Assembly (NCBI GenBank): GCA_035695045.1 | Contig: DASSEX010000051.1 | Coordinates: 73,543-137,542 of the forward strand | DNA: 64,000 nucleotides | Reading direction: 5' to 3' | DNA from: Mycobacteriales bacterium | GTDB taxonomy: Bacteria > Actinomycetota > Actinomycetes > JAFAQI01 | Part shown: positions 48,435-57,231 of the stretch, one piece after another | Numbering within the stretch: the first letter of the stretch is position 1 | How the letters are laid out: each line of letters begins with the position of its first letter | Made by a program: the position numbers and the translations under genes | The notes under the pieces: generated by a model | The model's input: only the letters and a program-made list of their open reading frames with translations | Database searches by the model: none | What the model was told of the DNA's origin: nothing

Positions 48435-48842
48435 TCAGCCGGCGACGCGCACATCCTCCTCCGTCACCTCGCCGTCGACGATGCGGAAGGACCGCAGCTC
48501 GACGGTCTCCGGGTCGCGCGTCGAGACCAGCACGTAGTGCGCGGCCGGCTCACTGGCCAGCGAGATGTCGGTGCGCGACGGGTACGCCTCGGTCGCGGTG
48601 TGCGAGTGGTAGATGACGACCGGCTCCTCGTCCCGCTCGTCCATCTCCTTCCAGACGCGGAACTGCTCCATCGCGTCGAACCGGTAGAACGTCGGCGACC
48701 GCTCGGCGTTGTCCATCGCGATGAACCGATCCGGCCGGTCACTGCCCGCCGGACCGGCGATCACACCGCATGCCTCGTCAGGGTGGTCGCGCCGCGCGTG
48801 GGCGACGATGGCGTCGTACAGGTCCTGGCGCAGTTCGAGCAC
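48435..48842 (-). CDS. mec: Mec, JAMM/M67 CysO-cysteine peptidase
   Basis: HPDEACG, JAMM motif YHSH...PSRTD. Confidence 0.92.
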   Translation of the reverse strand: MLELRQDLYDAIVAHARRDHPDEACGVIAGPAGSDRPDRFIAMDNAERSPTFYRFDAMEQFRVWKEMDERDEEPVVIYHSHTATEAYPSRTDISLASEPAAHYVLVSTRDPETVELRSFRIVDGEVTEEDVRVAG

Positions 48843-48870
48843 GGCAGCGAGGGTACGGCGCCGACGTTGC

Positions 48871-49416
48871 TCAGTCGTCCATCGCGGCGACGACCAGGCG
48901 ATCCTGCAGCGCGCTGAGCCAGCCGTAGAAGTCGTACAACGCGGCGCGGGGGTCATCCGGCGGAAGGTCGTCGAGCGTCTCCGGCCAGTCCTCGGTCACG
49001 TCGAGCCGCGTGCCGAGCACCAGCCGGACGTCGTTGATCGCCTGGACCCACATGCCGATGCCCTCGTCGAGGTCGAGATCGAGCCGCTCCGATCCGGCCA
49101 CGTCGTCGAGGACCCGGTCGATCGCCTCCGTCTTGCGCGCCCGAAGGTCGGAGTCGGTCAGCCTTCGGAACTCCGCCGACTGCTCGGCATCGGCATAGGC
49201 GTCGGGAAGCAACCGCAGCAGGATCGGGTCCTCAGGGGTCTCGACCGGACCGTCGGACATGCCCACGAAGGCCGCCAGCGGATCCGTCTCGCCCGAGGCG
49301 TCGTCCTCATCGGCAAGGAGCGCCCGGACCGCACCCAGCAGACTGGCCAGCACGCTCCGCTCGGCAGCGTCGAGCCGGACGACGACCTTCTCGCCGCGGC
49401 GTTTGACCGAGGCCAC
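48871..49416 (-). CDS. DUF2017-family protein
   Basis: RLLPDAY, EFRRLT...LR, INDVRLVLGTRL; downstream of clpS. Confidence 0.85.
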   Translation of the reverse strand: MASVKRRGEKVVVRLDAAERSVLASLLGAVRALLADEDDASGETDPLAAFVGMSDGPVETPEDPILLRLLPDAYADAEQSAEFRRLTDSDLRARKTEAIDRVLDDVAGSERLDLDLDEGIGMWVQAINDVRLVLGTRLDVTEDWPETLDDLPPDDPRAALYDFYGWLSALQDRLVVAAMDD

Positions 49417-49418
49417 GG

Positions 49419-49712
49419 TCAGTCGTCCTGCTGGAGCGTTGCCCAGAGCCCCGCCGCATGCAGGCGCGCGACGTCGATCTCCATCTGCTCACGTGTGCCC
49501 GAGGAGACGACGGCCTTCCCCTTCTCGTGTACGTCGAGCATCAGCTTGTGCGCCTTCTCACGGCTGTAACCGAAGAGCTTCTGGAAGACGTAGGTCACGT
49601 AGCTCATCAGGTTGATCGGGTCGTTCCACACGATCGTGATCCACGGTCGGTCCGGCTCGACGACGTCCTCATCGGCAGGCGCCTCGAGCTCCTCGACCGC
49701 GGGAGCTGCCAC
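49419..49712 (-). CDS. clpS: ATP-dependent Clp protease adaptor ClpS
   Basis: [30 protein letters not shown]. Confidence 0.93.
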   Translation of the reverse strand: MAAPAVEELEAPADEDVVEPDRPWITIVWNDPINLMSYVTYVFQKLFGYSREKAHKLMLDVHEKGKAVVSSGTREQMEIDVARLHAAGLWATLQQDD

Positions 49713-49787
49713 CCCGCCATCGTGGCGCATGACCGTCGCGACGGAAAACCGCGAGGGTTGCCGACGCCACTCACCTAGGGTGGCGGT

Positions 49788-50924
49788 GTGGCCGGGGACA
49801 GCATCATCGTGACCTCCCGGCGCGGCGTGGACGCCAAGGTCTGGCTGGCGCTGTGGGTCGTCTATCTCGTCTGGGGCTCGACCTATCTCGCGATCCGGCT
49901 GGGCGTCAGGCCGGACCACGGCGCCCCCTTTCCCCCGCTGATCTACGCCGGCATCCGCTTCACCATCGCCGGGCTGCTGATGCTCGCGTTCACCGTCCGG
50001 CGGCCCGCCGCCGACCGCCGGCCTGACCCACTGGGGGCGCGGCAGTGGTTCGCCGCGTCGGTCATCGGTGTCGCACTGCTGCTCGGCGGCAACGGGCTCG
50101 TCTCGCTTGCCGAGAAGCGCATCCCCTCCGGTATCGCGGCCCTCGTCGTGGCCACCGTGCCGATCTGGGCAGCGCTGCTCGGTGCGGTCGGCGGCCTGGA
50201 ACGGATCTCTGCCCGTCACGCGACCGGTCTCGTCCTGGGGTTCGCCGGTGTCGCCGCGCTGGTCGCCGGCACCGGCAGCGGCAAGGTGCAGTTCACAGGA
50301 GTGCTGATCGTCCTCGCGGCGTCGCTGTCCTGGGCGGCCGGCTCGGTCTGGTCGCGCACGGCCCCGACCGTCCGCCGGCCCCTGGTCATGACCGGCATGG
50401 AGATGCTCACCGGCGGCCTTGCCTGCCTCGCCGTCGGCTTCGCCATCGGCGAGGGCCGCCACCTCCACCTCACCCAGACCTCGACCAGCGTCTGGCTGGC
50501 CCTCGGCTACCTCATCGTCTTCGGATCGCTGTTCGCCTACACCGCCTACGTCTGGCTGCTCCACAGCGCGCCGCTGTCGCTGGTCACGACCTACGCCTTC
50601 GTGAACCCCCTCGTCGCCATCCTTCTCGGCATCCTGTTCGTCCATGAACCCTTCACCAGCCGAACCCTGGTTGCCACCGCCCTGATCGTCGCCGGCGTCA
50701 TGCTCATCGTGACGAGAAGCCACAAGGCGGCCGGAGAAGTGACCCGCGGCGGCCGCGCTCGGTCCGGAGAGGACAAGAACGCTGAATACACGGGGCAGGA
50801 GCGGAGCGTGCCGGCCCTGAAAGACCGAGTGTCCAAGGCCGAAGGCCTTGCGACACCAGGTCCGAAGGGCCGAGCAGACGCCGCGACCGATGGCGAGCTG
50901 CAGCCGGAGGTCGGCTGCCGGTGA
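49788..50924 (+). CDS. EamA/DMT-family transporter with an unusual hydrophilic C-terminal tail
   Basis: [38 protein letters not shown]; ten TM helices followed by a roughly 67-residue non-membrane tail. Confidence 0.88.
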   Translation: MAGDSIIVTSRRGVDAKVWLALWVVYLVWGSTYLAIRLGVRPDHGAPFPPLIYAGIRFTIAGLLMLAFTVRRPAADRRPDPLGARQWFAASVIGVALLLGGNGLVSLAEKRIPSGIAALVVATVPIWAALLGAVGGLERISARHATGLVLGFAGVAALVAGTGSGKVQFTGVLIVLAASLSWAAGSVWSRTAPTVRRPLVMTGMEMLTGGLACLAVGFAIGEGRHLHLTQTSTSVWLALGYLIVFGSLFAYTAYVWLLHSAPLSLVTTYAFVNPLVAILLGILFVHEPFTSRTLVATALIVAGVMLIVTRSHKAAGEVTRGGRARSGEDKNAEYTGQERSVPALKDRVSKAEGLATPGPKGRADAATDGELQPEVGCR

Positions 50925-52216
50925 CGAGTACGGCTCTGCTCACTGACCACTACGAGCTCACGATGGTCCAAGCTGCGCTGCACAGCGGCGCGGCCGACCG
51001 CCGTTGCGTCTTCGAGGTCTTCGCGCGGTCGCTCCCGGGCCGCCGTCGTTACGGAGTGGTCGCCGGACTCGGCCGGTTGGTCGACGACCTGCCGCGGTTC
51101 CGGTACGACGCCGACACGCTGGACTTCCTCGCGGCGACAGGAGTCATCGACCGGGCGACCTGCGAGTGGCTGTCGTCGTACCGGTTCTCCGGCTCCATCG
51201 ACGGCTACGCCGAGGGCGAGGCCTACTTCCCGGGCTCACCGGTGCTCGTCGTGGAGGGCACGTTCGCGGAGTGCGTCGTGCTGGAGACGTTGATCCTGTC
51301 CGTGCTCAATCACGACAGCGCGATCGCGACGGCGGCGGCCCGGATGATCTGCGCGGCCGGAGACCGGCCGTGCATCGAGATGGGCTCGCGGCGCACGCAC
51401 GAGTGGGCCGCCGTGGCGAGCGCGCGGGCGGCATACATCGCAGGGTTCGCGGCGAGCTCGAACCTCGCCGCCGGCGAGCGGTGGGGCGTGCCGACGACCG
51501 GCACCGCAGCGCATGCGTTCACGTTGGTGCACGACGACGAGGAAGCCGCGTTCGCGGCGCAGGTCGACGCGTTGGGCGTGGGCACCACGTTGCTCGTCGA
51601 CACGTACGACGTCGAGCAGGGCATCCGGCGAGCGATTGCGGCAGCCGGGCCGGAGCTGGGAGCGATCCGGCTCGACTCGGGCGATCTCCTGTCGCAGGCA
51701 TACCGCGCCCGTGAGCTCCTGGACGAGCTGGGGGCGGCCAAGACCCGCATCGTCGTGACGAGCGACCTCGACGAGAACTCGATCGCGCGCCTGGCGGCGG
51801 CTCCGGTGGACGGGTACGGCGTGGGGACGTCGCTCGTGACCGGCAGCGGCGTGCCGACGGCCGGGTTCGTCTACAAGCTCGTCTCGCGCGAGACCGCCGA
51901 GGGCTGGCAACCGGTGCAGAAGAAGTCGACCGGGAAGGGCTCGACAGGTGGCCGCAAGTGGGCAGCGCGCCGCCACGATCGCGCAGGTCGCGCCGTCGAA
52001 GAACACATCTACGTGGGCGGACATGGTCAGATCCGCGACGACGAACGGCCGCTTCTCGTGCCGGTCGTCCGTGATGGTGAGTCCGTGCACGCAACGAGCC
52101 TCGCCGAGGCACGCCAGCACTGCCGCCGTTCCGTCGGTGCGTTGCCGGCGGTCGCGATGAAGCTGTCCCCCGGCGATCCCGCGCTCGACACTCGCTACGA
52201 GGAGGTGTCGCCGTGA
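50921..52216 (+). CDS. pncB: Nicotinate phosphoribosyltransferase
   Basis: [45 protein letters not shown]. Confidence 0.94.
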   Translation: MTSTALLTDHYELTMVQAALHSGAADRRCVFEVFARSLPGRRRYGVVAGLGRLVDDLPRFRYDADTLDFLAATGVIDRATCEWLSSYRFSGSIDGYAEGEAYFPGSPVLVVEGTFAECVVLETLILSVLNHDSAIATAAARMICAAGDRPCIEMGSRRTHEWAAVASARAAYIAGFAASSNLAAGERWGVPTTGTAAHAFTLVHDDEEAAFAAQVDALGVGTTLLVDTYDVEQGIRRAIAAAGPELGAIRLDSGDLLSQAYRARELLDELGAAKTRIVVTSDLDENSIARLAAAPVDGYGVGTSLVTGSGVPTAGFVYKLVSRETAEGWQPVQKKSTGKGSTGGRKWAARRHDRAGRAVEEHIYVGGHGQIRDDERPLLVPVVRDGESVHATSLAEARQHCRRSVGALPAVAMKLSPGDPALDTRYEEVSP

Positions 52217-52788
52217 GCCGCGCGCTCGTGGTCGTCGACGTGCAGAACGACTTCTGCGAGGGCGGTTCGCTCGCTGTCGCCGGCGGCGCAGCAGTCGCGG
52301 CGGCGGTGAGCGCGCTCCTTGCGAACAGTGACTATGACCACGTCGTCGCGACCCGTGACGCGCATCACGATCCCGGCGCGCACTTCGCGGTGCAGCCGGA
52401 TTACGTCGACACGTGGCCGACCCACTGCGTCGTCGGGACGCCGGGCGTCGAGTTCCATCCTGCCTTCGACACGCAGCGCGTCGAGGCCGTGTTCGACAAG
52501 GGCGCGTACTCGGCGGCGTACAGCGGTTTCGAGGGAGTCGACCCGACAGGGCAGCCGCTCGCCGAATGGTTGCGGGACAAGAAGGTCAGCGACGTCGACG
52601 TGGTCGGGATCGCCACCGATCACTGCGTCCGCGCGACAGCCGTCGACGCAGCACGCGAAGGTTTCAGCACCCGCGTGCTGCTCGACCTGACCGCCGGCGT
52701 CGCGGCAGCGACCACCGAGAGCGCTCTCAGCGAGATGCGCGACGCCGGCATCGCGCTGGTCGGCGCGCCGCACGTCGCCACGCGATAG
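52213..52788 (+). CDS. pncA: Nicotinamidase/pyrazinamidase
   Basis: VDVQNDFCEGG, DAH..PG.HF, WPTHC, KG...YSGF, GIATDHCV. Confidence 0.93.
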   Translation: MSRALVVVDVQNDFCEGGSLAVAGGAAVAAAVSALLANSDYDHVVATRDAHHDPGAHFAVQPDYVDTWPTHCVVGTPGVEFHPAFDTQRVEAVFDKGAYSAAYSGFEGVDPTGQPLAEWLRDKKVSDVDVVGIATDHCVRATAVDAAREGFSTRVLLDLTAGVAAATTESALSEMRDAGIALVGAPHVATR

Positions 52789-52793
52789 CCCGA

Positions 52794-53429
52794 CTAGTCG
52801 GCCGCGGCCGCCTGCCGTTCGCGCCGGTGCTGCTGGAACTCCTCCGTCGAGTTGACGTGCGGGAAGTCCTCGTCGGGGAGCGGCACACCCAGCGCCTCGC
52901 AGAGTGGGCCCCACCCGTCGCCGGGCTGCCACTCGACGAGCCGACCGACCGGGACCTCGCGGCGGACAGCGGCGTTGTGCCGGTCGTAAGCCGCCATTGC
53001 CGCGTCGTCGTCCCGCCAGTCGGGTTCGAAACGCGCGAACATGTCGCGAGCCATCGGCACGAATCCGGGCAGTGAGGGGTCGTCCTCCATCTTGTTCTCC
53101 GGCGAGTTGCCGAGGATCGTCGCGCGCGCACTCTTGAGCCAGGTCGCAGCGTCCTTGCGCGTCGACAGCAGCACCGGCGCGTCGGGATAGGCAGTGGCGA
53201 GCTCGCGCCAGACAGCCGCCCCGGGCCAGTCGACGATCGCCTCGTAGCTGCCGAGCACGGGCTTCCAGTCGACCGCCTCGCCGCGGATGGCGGCATGCCA
53301 TGTGGGGATGTGGTCGAGATGCTCGAAGACCTCGGACATGTGGTAGCAGGGCGCATCGAGCAGCCGCTCCAACGCGAGCTTCAGCGAGTGCGTGCCTGTG
53401 CGTCCCAGACCTGCGCCGACGATCCGCAC
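52794..53429 (-). CDS. Sulfotransferase-family protein (P-loop type)
   Basis: GAGLGRTGTHSLK, YHM, DWPG, GWGPLCEALG, FPHVN. Confidence 0.85.
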   Translation of the reverse strand: MRIVGAGLGRTGTHSLKLALERLLDAPCYHMSEVFEHLDHIPTWHAAIRGEAVDWKPVLGSYEAIVDWPGAAVWRELATAYPDAPVLLSTRKDAATWLKSARATILGNSPENKMEDDPSLPGFVPMARDMFARFEPDWRDDDAAMAAYDRHNAAVRREVPVGRLVEWQPGDGWGPLCEALGVPLPDEDFPHVNSTEEFQQHRRERQAAAAD

Positions 53430-53670
53430 CGCGCTCCCCCTCCGGTTGCCGCGCCCTCTGACCGGATTCTGTCAGGCGCGGAGGCGGCTTTTCCGGTCAT
53501 CAGTTCACGCATCGGGCGCACACGGTGACTGTCGTCGTGGTTCTCGACGACGTTCGCCCCTGGCCGGTGGGCCGGCGTCACGGACACGGTGGCAAGACGG
53601 GCGCGCAGCGGGCGTGAGGGCGTCTGCGCACACGGCGCGCGATTTCCCCGACTGTCAGGAGGCGCAAGCG

Positions 53671-54831
53671 ATGCATACCAGGACGACGAGGCGGCGGGGA
53701 CTCGCCCTGCTGACGGTGCCGGTCATCTGCGCGGTGTCTGCGGCTCTGACGTCGCCACCGGCATGGGCCGCCACGACATGGACCCAGCAGGCGGAGCTCA
53801 CTGCCTCCGACCACGCGGGGTACCAGTTCTACGGCACGGATGTCGACTACGACGGCACCACGGCCATCATCGGCAGCGACGCCAACGCCGCGCCCGGGGA
53901 GGCCTGGATCTACACCGTGTCCGGGTCGACGTGGACGGAGGACGCCATTCTGACGGAGTCGGCGGCCTCTCGGTGCTTCGGCAACGCGGTCGCGGTGTCC
54001 GGCGCCACCGCCATCGTCACCGACCCGTGCTACGGCAGCGATGCGGCGGCCTACGTCTTCACGAAGTCCGGCGGCACGTGGTCCAAGACGGCGACGCTCA
54101 CCGTTCCCGACGGCAACTACTTCGGCAGTTCAGTTGCCCTCGAAGGAGGAACCGCAGTGATCGCGAACAACGCGACCAACCCAGAGGCGTATGTCTTCAC
54201 CATGTCGCGCAAGGGCGTGTGGTCGCAGTCGGCGACGCTGACCCCGACGGTCAGTTCCAACGTGACGCTCGGGTCCTTCGGCGGGTATGCGCCGACGATT
54301 GCGCTGTCCGGCTCGACCGTCGTCATCGGCGCCCCCGACAGCAATGTCGGAAGTGACTACAACAACGGGGCGGCGTACGTCTTCCGCGCGAAGGGAAAGC
54401 GCTGGAGCCAGGTCGCTGAGCTGACCGGCTCGGCCAGCGCGGATGCGTTCGGTTCTGCAGTTGCGACCGACGGCTCGACCGTCGTCATCGGCGCCTCCGG
54501 CGCGAGCAAGGCGTACATCTACTCGGTCGGCCGGCGAGGTCTGTCACTCGCCACCACGCTCACGGGGACGAGTGGCGACACCTTCGGCTTCGCGGTCGGG
54601 GTTGACGGGCCGAACGTGATCGTGGGTGCGCGCGACGGCAACACGGCATACGCATACACGTCCGCAGACAGCTGGGCCAATGCTCAAACCTTGACGCCGG
54701 ACAGCACGTACTCGCCGTACGAGTTCGGATCCGCCGTCGCCATCCATGGGGCGACGGCCTTCATCGGAGCTGACGACACGACGATCGCCGACTCCGCTGA
54801 GGGCAGCGCGTACGTCTTCACGCTCGCGTAA
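53671..54831 (+). CDS. Secreted FG-GAP repeat beta-propeller protein
   Basis: RBS AGGAGG, signal peptide, about seven repeats of (F/Y)G-x-x-V-A...G-A...A-Y-V-F. Confidence 0.82.
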   Translation: MHTRTTRRRGLALLTVPVICAVSAALTSPPAWAATTWTQQAELTASDHAGYQFYGTDVDYDGTTAIIGSDANAAPGEAWIYTVSGSTWTEDAILTESAASRCFGNAVAVSGATAIVTDPCYGSDAAAYVFTKSGGTWSKTATLTVPDGNYFGSSVALEGGTAVIANNATNPEAYVFTMSRKGVWSQSATLTPTVSSNVTLGSFGGYAPTIALSGSTVVIGAPDSNVGSDYNNGAAYVFRAKGKRWSQVAELTGSASADAFGSAVATDGSTVVIGASGASKAYIYSVGRRGLSLATTLTGTSGDTFGFAVGVDGPNVIVGARDGNTAYAYTSADSWANAQTLTPDSTYSPYEFGSAVAIHGATAFIGADDTTIADSAEGSAYVFTLA

Positions 54832-54837
54832 CGCCGC

Positions 54838-55608
54838 TCAGAAGGGGACGGGCTGCGCCAACAGTCCGTCCCCTTTGCCACGGCCGCAGAGGATGCGGCA
54901 GAACTCGATCGCGTCGAGCGTGTACGACGGGCCGCCGCTGCCGAACATGTAATCCCGCTCGAGCGCGCCGGTGAGACGCAGCGAGCACGGCTGACCGTGC
55001 CGACCGGCCCACTCGCGAACCGCGTCGTCGACGATGAGGCCATCGTGGTCGGCACTGAGCTGCTGTGGCCTGCCGGTCGCGAGCGCGATGTCGCTGCGGT
55101 GCATCCAGGGGTCGCGGGTCAGGATGACGTCGACGAGGTACGCGAACGTCCACGCCTCGAAGATGTCCGGTCCCTCGATCGGCTGCTTCTCGGGCATCGT
55201 GCGGCCGCGCAGCAGCCCGGGCATCCGGGTGCGACCCTTGACGGCCTTCGGCGCGAGTCGCGCGTACTCGTCGACGATCTGGCGAGGCGACCAGCCCTCG
55301 TACTTCTCCACCTGCAGCGCAGTCAACGCGTCGATGAAGATGCCGCCGCGCTTGCGCGCGCCGCGCATCTGCCGCAGCTGCTCCGGGACCGACGCCGCCA
55401 TCGCGACCATGCCGAGCATGTGAGCTGCGAGCGCCCGCACGTCCCACCCGGTGTTGCAGGTGGGTGCCCGCCACTCCTCGTCGTCGAGCGTGCGCAGCTG
55501 GTCGACGACGCGCTGGTACTCCGTCGTCATCAGCCGCTTGGCCGTCTCCCGGTCGATGGCCGGGCGGCGCGGCGTCGTACCGGTCGGAGCCGCCATTGCC
55601 GTCGTCAC
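54838..55608 (-). CDS. Mycothiol-dependent maleylpyruvate-isomerase-family (DinB-like) metalloprotein
   Basis: PTCNTGWDVRALAAH, RDPWMHRSDI. Confidence 0.8.
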   Translation of the reverse strand: MTTAMAAPTGTTPRRPAIDRETAKRLMTTEYQRVVDQLRTLDDEEWRAPTCNTGWDVRALAAHMLGMVAMAASVPEQLRQMRGARKRGGIFIDALTALQVEKYEGWSPRQIVDEYARLAPKAVKGRTRMPGLLRGRTMPEKQPIEGPDIFEAWTFAYLVDVILTRDPWMHRSDIALATGRPQQLSADHDGLIVDDAVREWAGRHGQPCSLRLTGALERDYMFGSGGPSYTLDAIEFCRILCGRGKGDGLLAQPVPF

Positions 55609-56396
55609 ACCTGTGCTCCGACGGGAGCTGCGTGCCCGGGCAGCGGCTGCGCCGGAAGCTCAACGGTCCCGCAGCCGTAGCGCTCCTCGAACACGTCGGC
55701 CATCCGGCGAAGCATCGTCGCGGCGTCACCCTCGTACGACGACCCGTGCATGATCGCGAGTCGCTGCGGTTCGAGGTCGGCGAGGCGGCGCAGCGTCGCC
55801 GGAACCAGCGGGCCGAGCGAGGTCTGGTGGAACACGTCCTCGGCGAGGATCGCGGCGTCGATGATGTCGTCTCCGACGAGTGCCGGACCGTTGCCGAGCT
55901 GGGTGAGCAGGTCGCCGCAGAACAGCGTGCGCGTCTCCTGCTCGAAGAAGACGTGGGACTCCCAGTTGTGCGGCACGTGCGGGGTCGGCACCTCGACGAC
56001 GCGCCTGGTGAAGCCGGCGCCGCCGAGGTCGATGACCTCACCGTCCTCGAGCGGGCGGGGCGCCCGCGCGGCCTGGTCGTTGAGCGACAACATGCAGCCG
56101 AGAGCGCCGTGCGCGACCTGTGCGTTCGGAGCGGCGGCGAGGAACTCGTTCATCGCGCCGCACTCGTCGGCCTCGACGTGCGAGAACGCAATCCAGCGGA
56201 GCGACTCGACCGGCAGCACCCGCGCCACGGCTTCGCTCACGATCGGGAAGAGCCCGCGCATGCCCGTGTGGTAGAGCAAGGGCTCCTCGGCGTCGACGAG
56301 GAACTGGTTGAACGTGAAGCCGGTTGGCCCGATCTCGGGCACGAACGTCGAGATGCGGTAGATGCGCTCCGCGATCTGGTCAACGTTTGCCTGCAT
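55605..56396 (-). CDS. MBL-fold di-iron protein (FprA N-terminal / ODP-like)
   Basis: FNQFLV, SHVEADECG, PHVPHNWE, FCGDL. Confidence 0.78.
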   Translation of the reverse strand: MQANVDQIAERIYRISTFVPEIGPTGFTFNQFLVDAEEPLLYHTGMRGLFPIVSEAVARVLPVESLRWIAFSHVEADECGAMNEFLAAAPNAQVAHGALGCMLSLNDQAARAPRPLEDGEVIDLGGAGFTRRVVEVPTPHVPHNWESHVFFEQETRTLFCGDLLTQLGNGPALVGDDIIDAAILAEDVFHQTSLGPLVPATLRRLADLEPQRLAIMHGSSYEGDAATMLRRMADVFEERYGCGTVELPAQPLPGHAAPVGAQV

Positions 56397-57081
56397 GTCC
56401 CCTCCTGGGTGTGGTTCGCGGCGTTGCCGCGTTCGACGGCTGGGCGCCGTAATAGGTGACGAACATGTCGACCAGACCGGGTAGCGCCGTCGTGAAGCGG
56501 CCGCTGTCGAATGGCTGGTCGGGTGCGTTGGAGAGCTGTTGGCTGACGACCCCCGAGATGACGACCGTCCAGTCCCGCTGCACGTCGTCGATGGGCACGT
56601 CCGGCCGGATCAGCCCGCGCTGCTGGAGCCGCGCGAGCCTCGCCAGCCCTTCCTCGTAGAGCTCGACGGCCGGCGCGTATGCCTCGTCGCTCGGCTGGAA
56701 GCCGGGCACCGGACGCCAGAACAGCAGCTGCGCATAGGCGGAGTTCTCGACCGCCCACCGGCTCATGAGCCGGCCGGACCGCAGCATCAGGTCCGCGAGG
56801 TCGTCCGACCGCTCGACGTCGTCGCTGTCGTAGATCTCACGCATCGTGGCGAGCAGCTCTCGCCACCCGCGGGCGAACAGGGCGTCGTACAGGGCGTGCT
56901 TCGACGGGAAGTAGACGTAGAGCGACGGGGTCCGGATCCCCATCCGTCGGGCGATCTCACCGAGCGACAGGCCGGCGACGCCCTCCTCGGCCATGATCGC
57001 GACCGCGTGGTCGAGGACCTCCTCGATCGTCTCGAGCCGGCGGCGGTGCCGCCGGTCGAGCGGCGCGGTCTCGGTTGTCAT
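56380..57081 (-). CDS. TetR-family transcriptional regulator
   Basis: HTH LSLGEIARRMG...SLYVYFPSK. Confidence 0.92.
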   Translation of the reverse strand: MTTETAPLDRRHRRRLETIEEVLDHAVAIMAEEGVAGLSLGEIARRMGIRTPSLYVYFPSKHALYDALFARGWRELLATMREIYDSDDVERSDDLADLMLRSGRLMSRWAVENSAYAQLLFWRPVPGFQPSDEAYAPAVELYEEGLARLARLQQRGLIRPDVPIDDVQRDWTVVISGVVSQQLSNAPDQPFDSGRFTTALPGLVDMFVTYYGAQPSNAATPRTTPRRGHAGKR

Positions 57082-57093
57082 GGCCGAGAGCAT

Positions 57094-57112
57094 GTCCTAA
57101 CAGTGTTAGGAC
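57094..57112. promoter_or_regulatory. TetR operator between the -35 and -10 of the tetR operon
   Basis: Perfect 8-3-8 palindrome GTCCTAAC-AGT-GTTAGGAC; on the minus strand it lies between TTGACG and CATGCT, with ATG 7 nt downstream. Confidence 0.8.
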
Positions 57113-57167
57113 GTCAAGATGTTTTGAGGAAGTTCTCTTCCCCGGCTGAACCGTTGCGCCGGGGTTC

Positions 57168-57221
57168 AGTGCGACGTAATCCCCCTAACTGGTGGCTCTG
57201 TTAGGGGGATTACGTCGCACT
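57168..57221. repeat. Perfect 22-bp inverted repeat (terminator or palindromic element)
   Basis: AGTGCGACGTAATCCCCCTAAC-N10-GTTAGGGGGATTACGTCGCACT; outer arms AACCGTTG/CAACGGTT extend it. Confidence 0.8.
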
Positions 57222-57231
57222 CAACGGTTGG

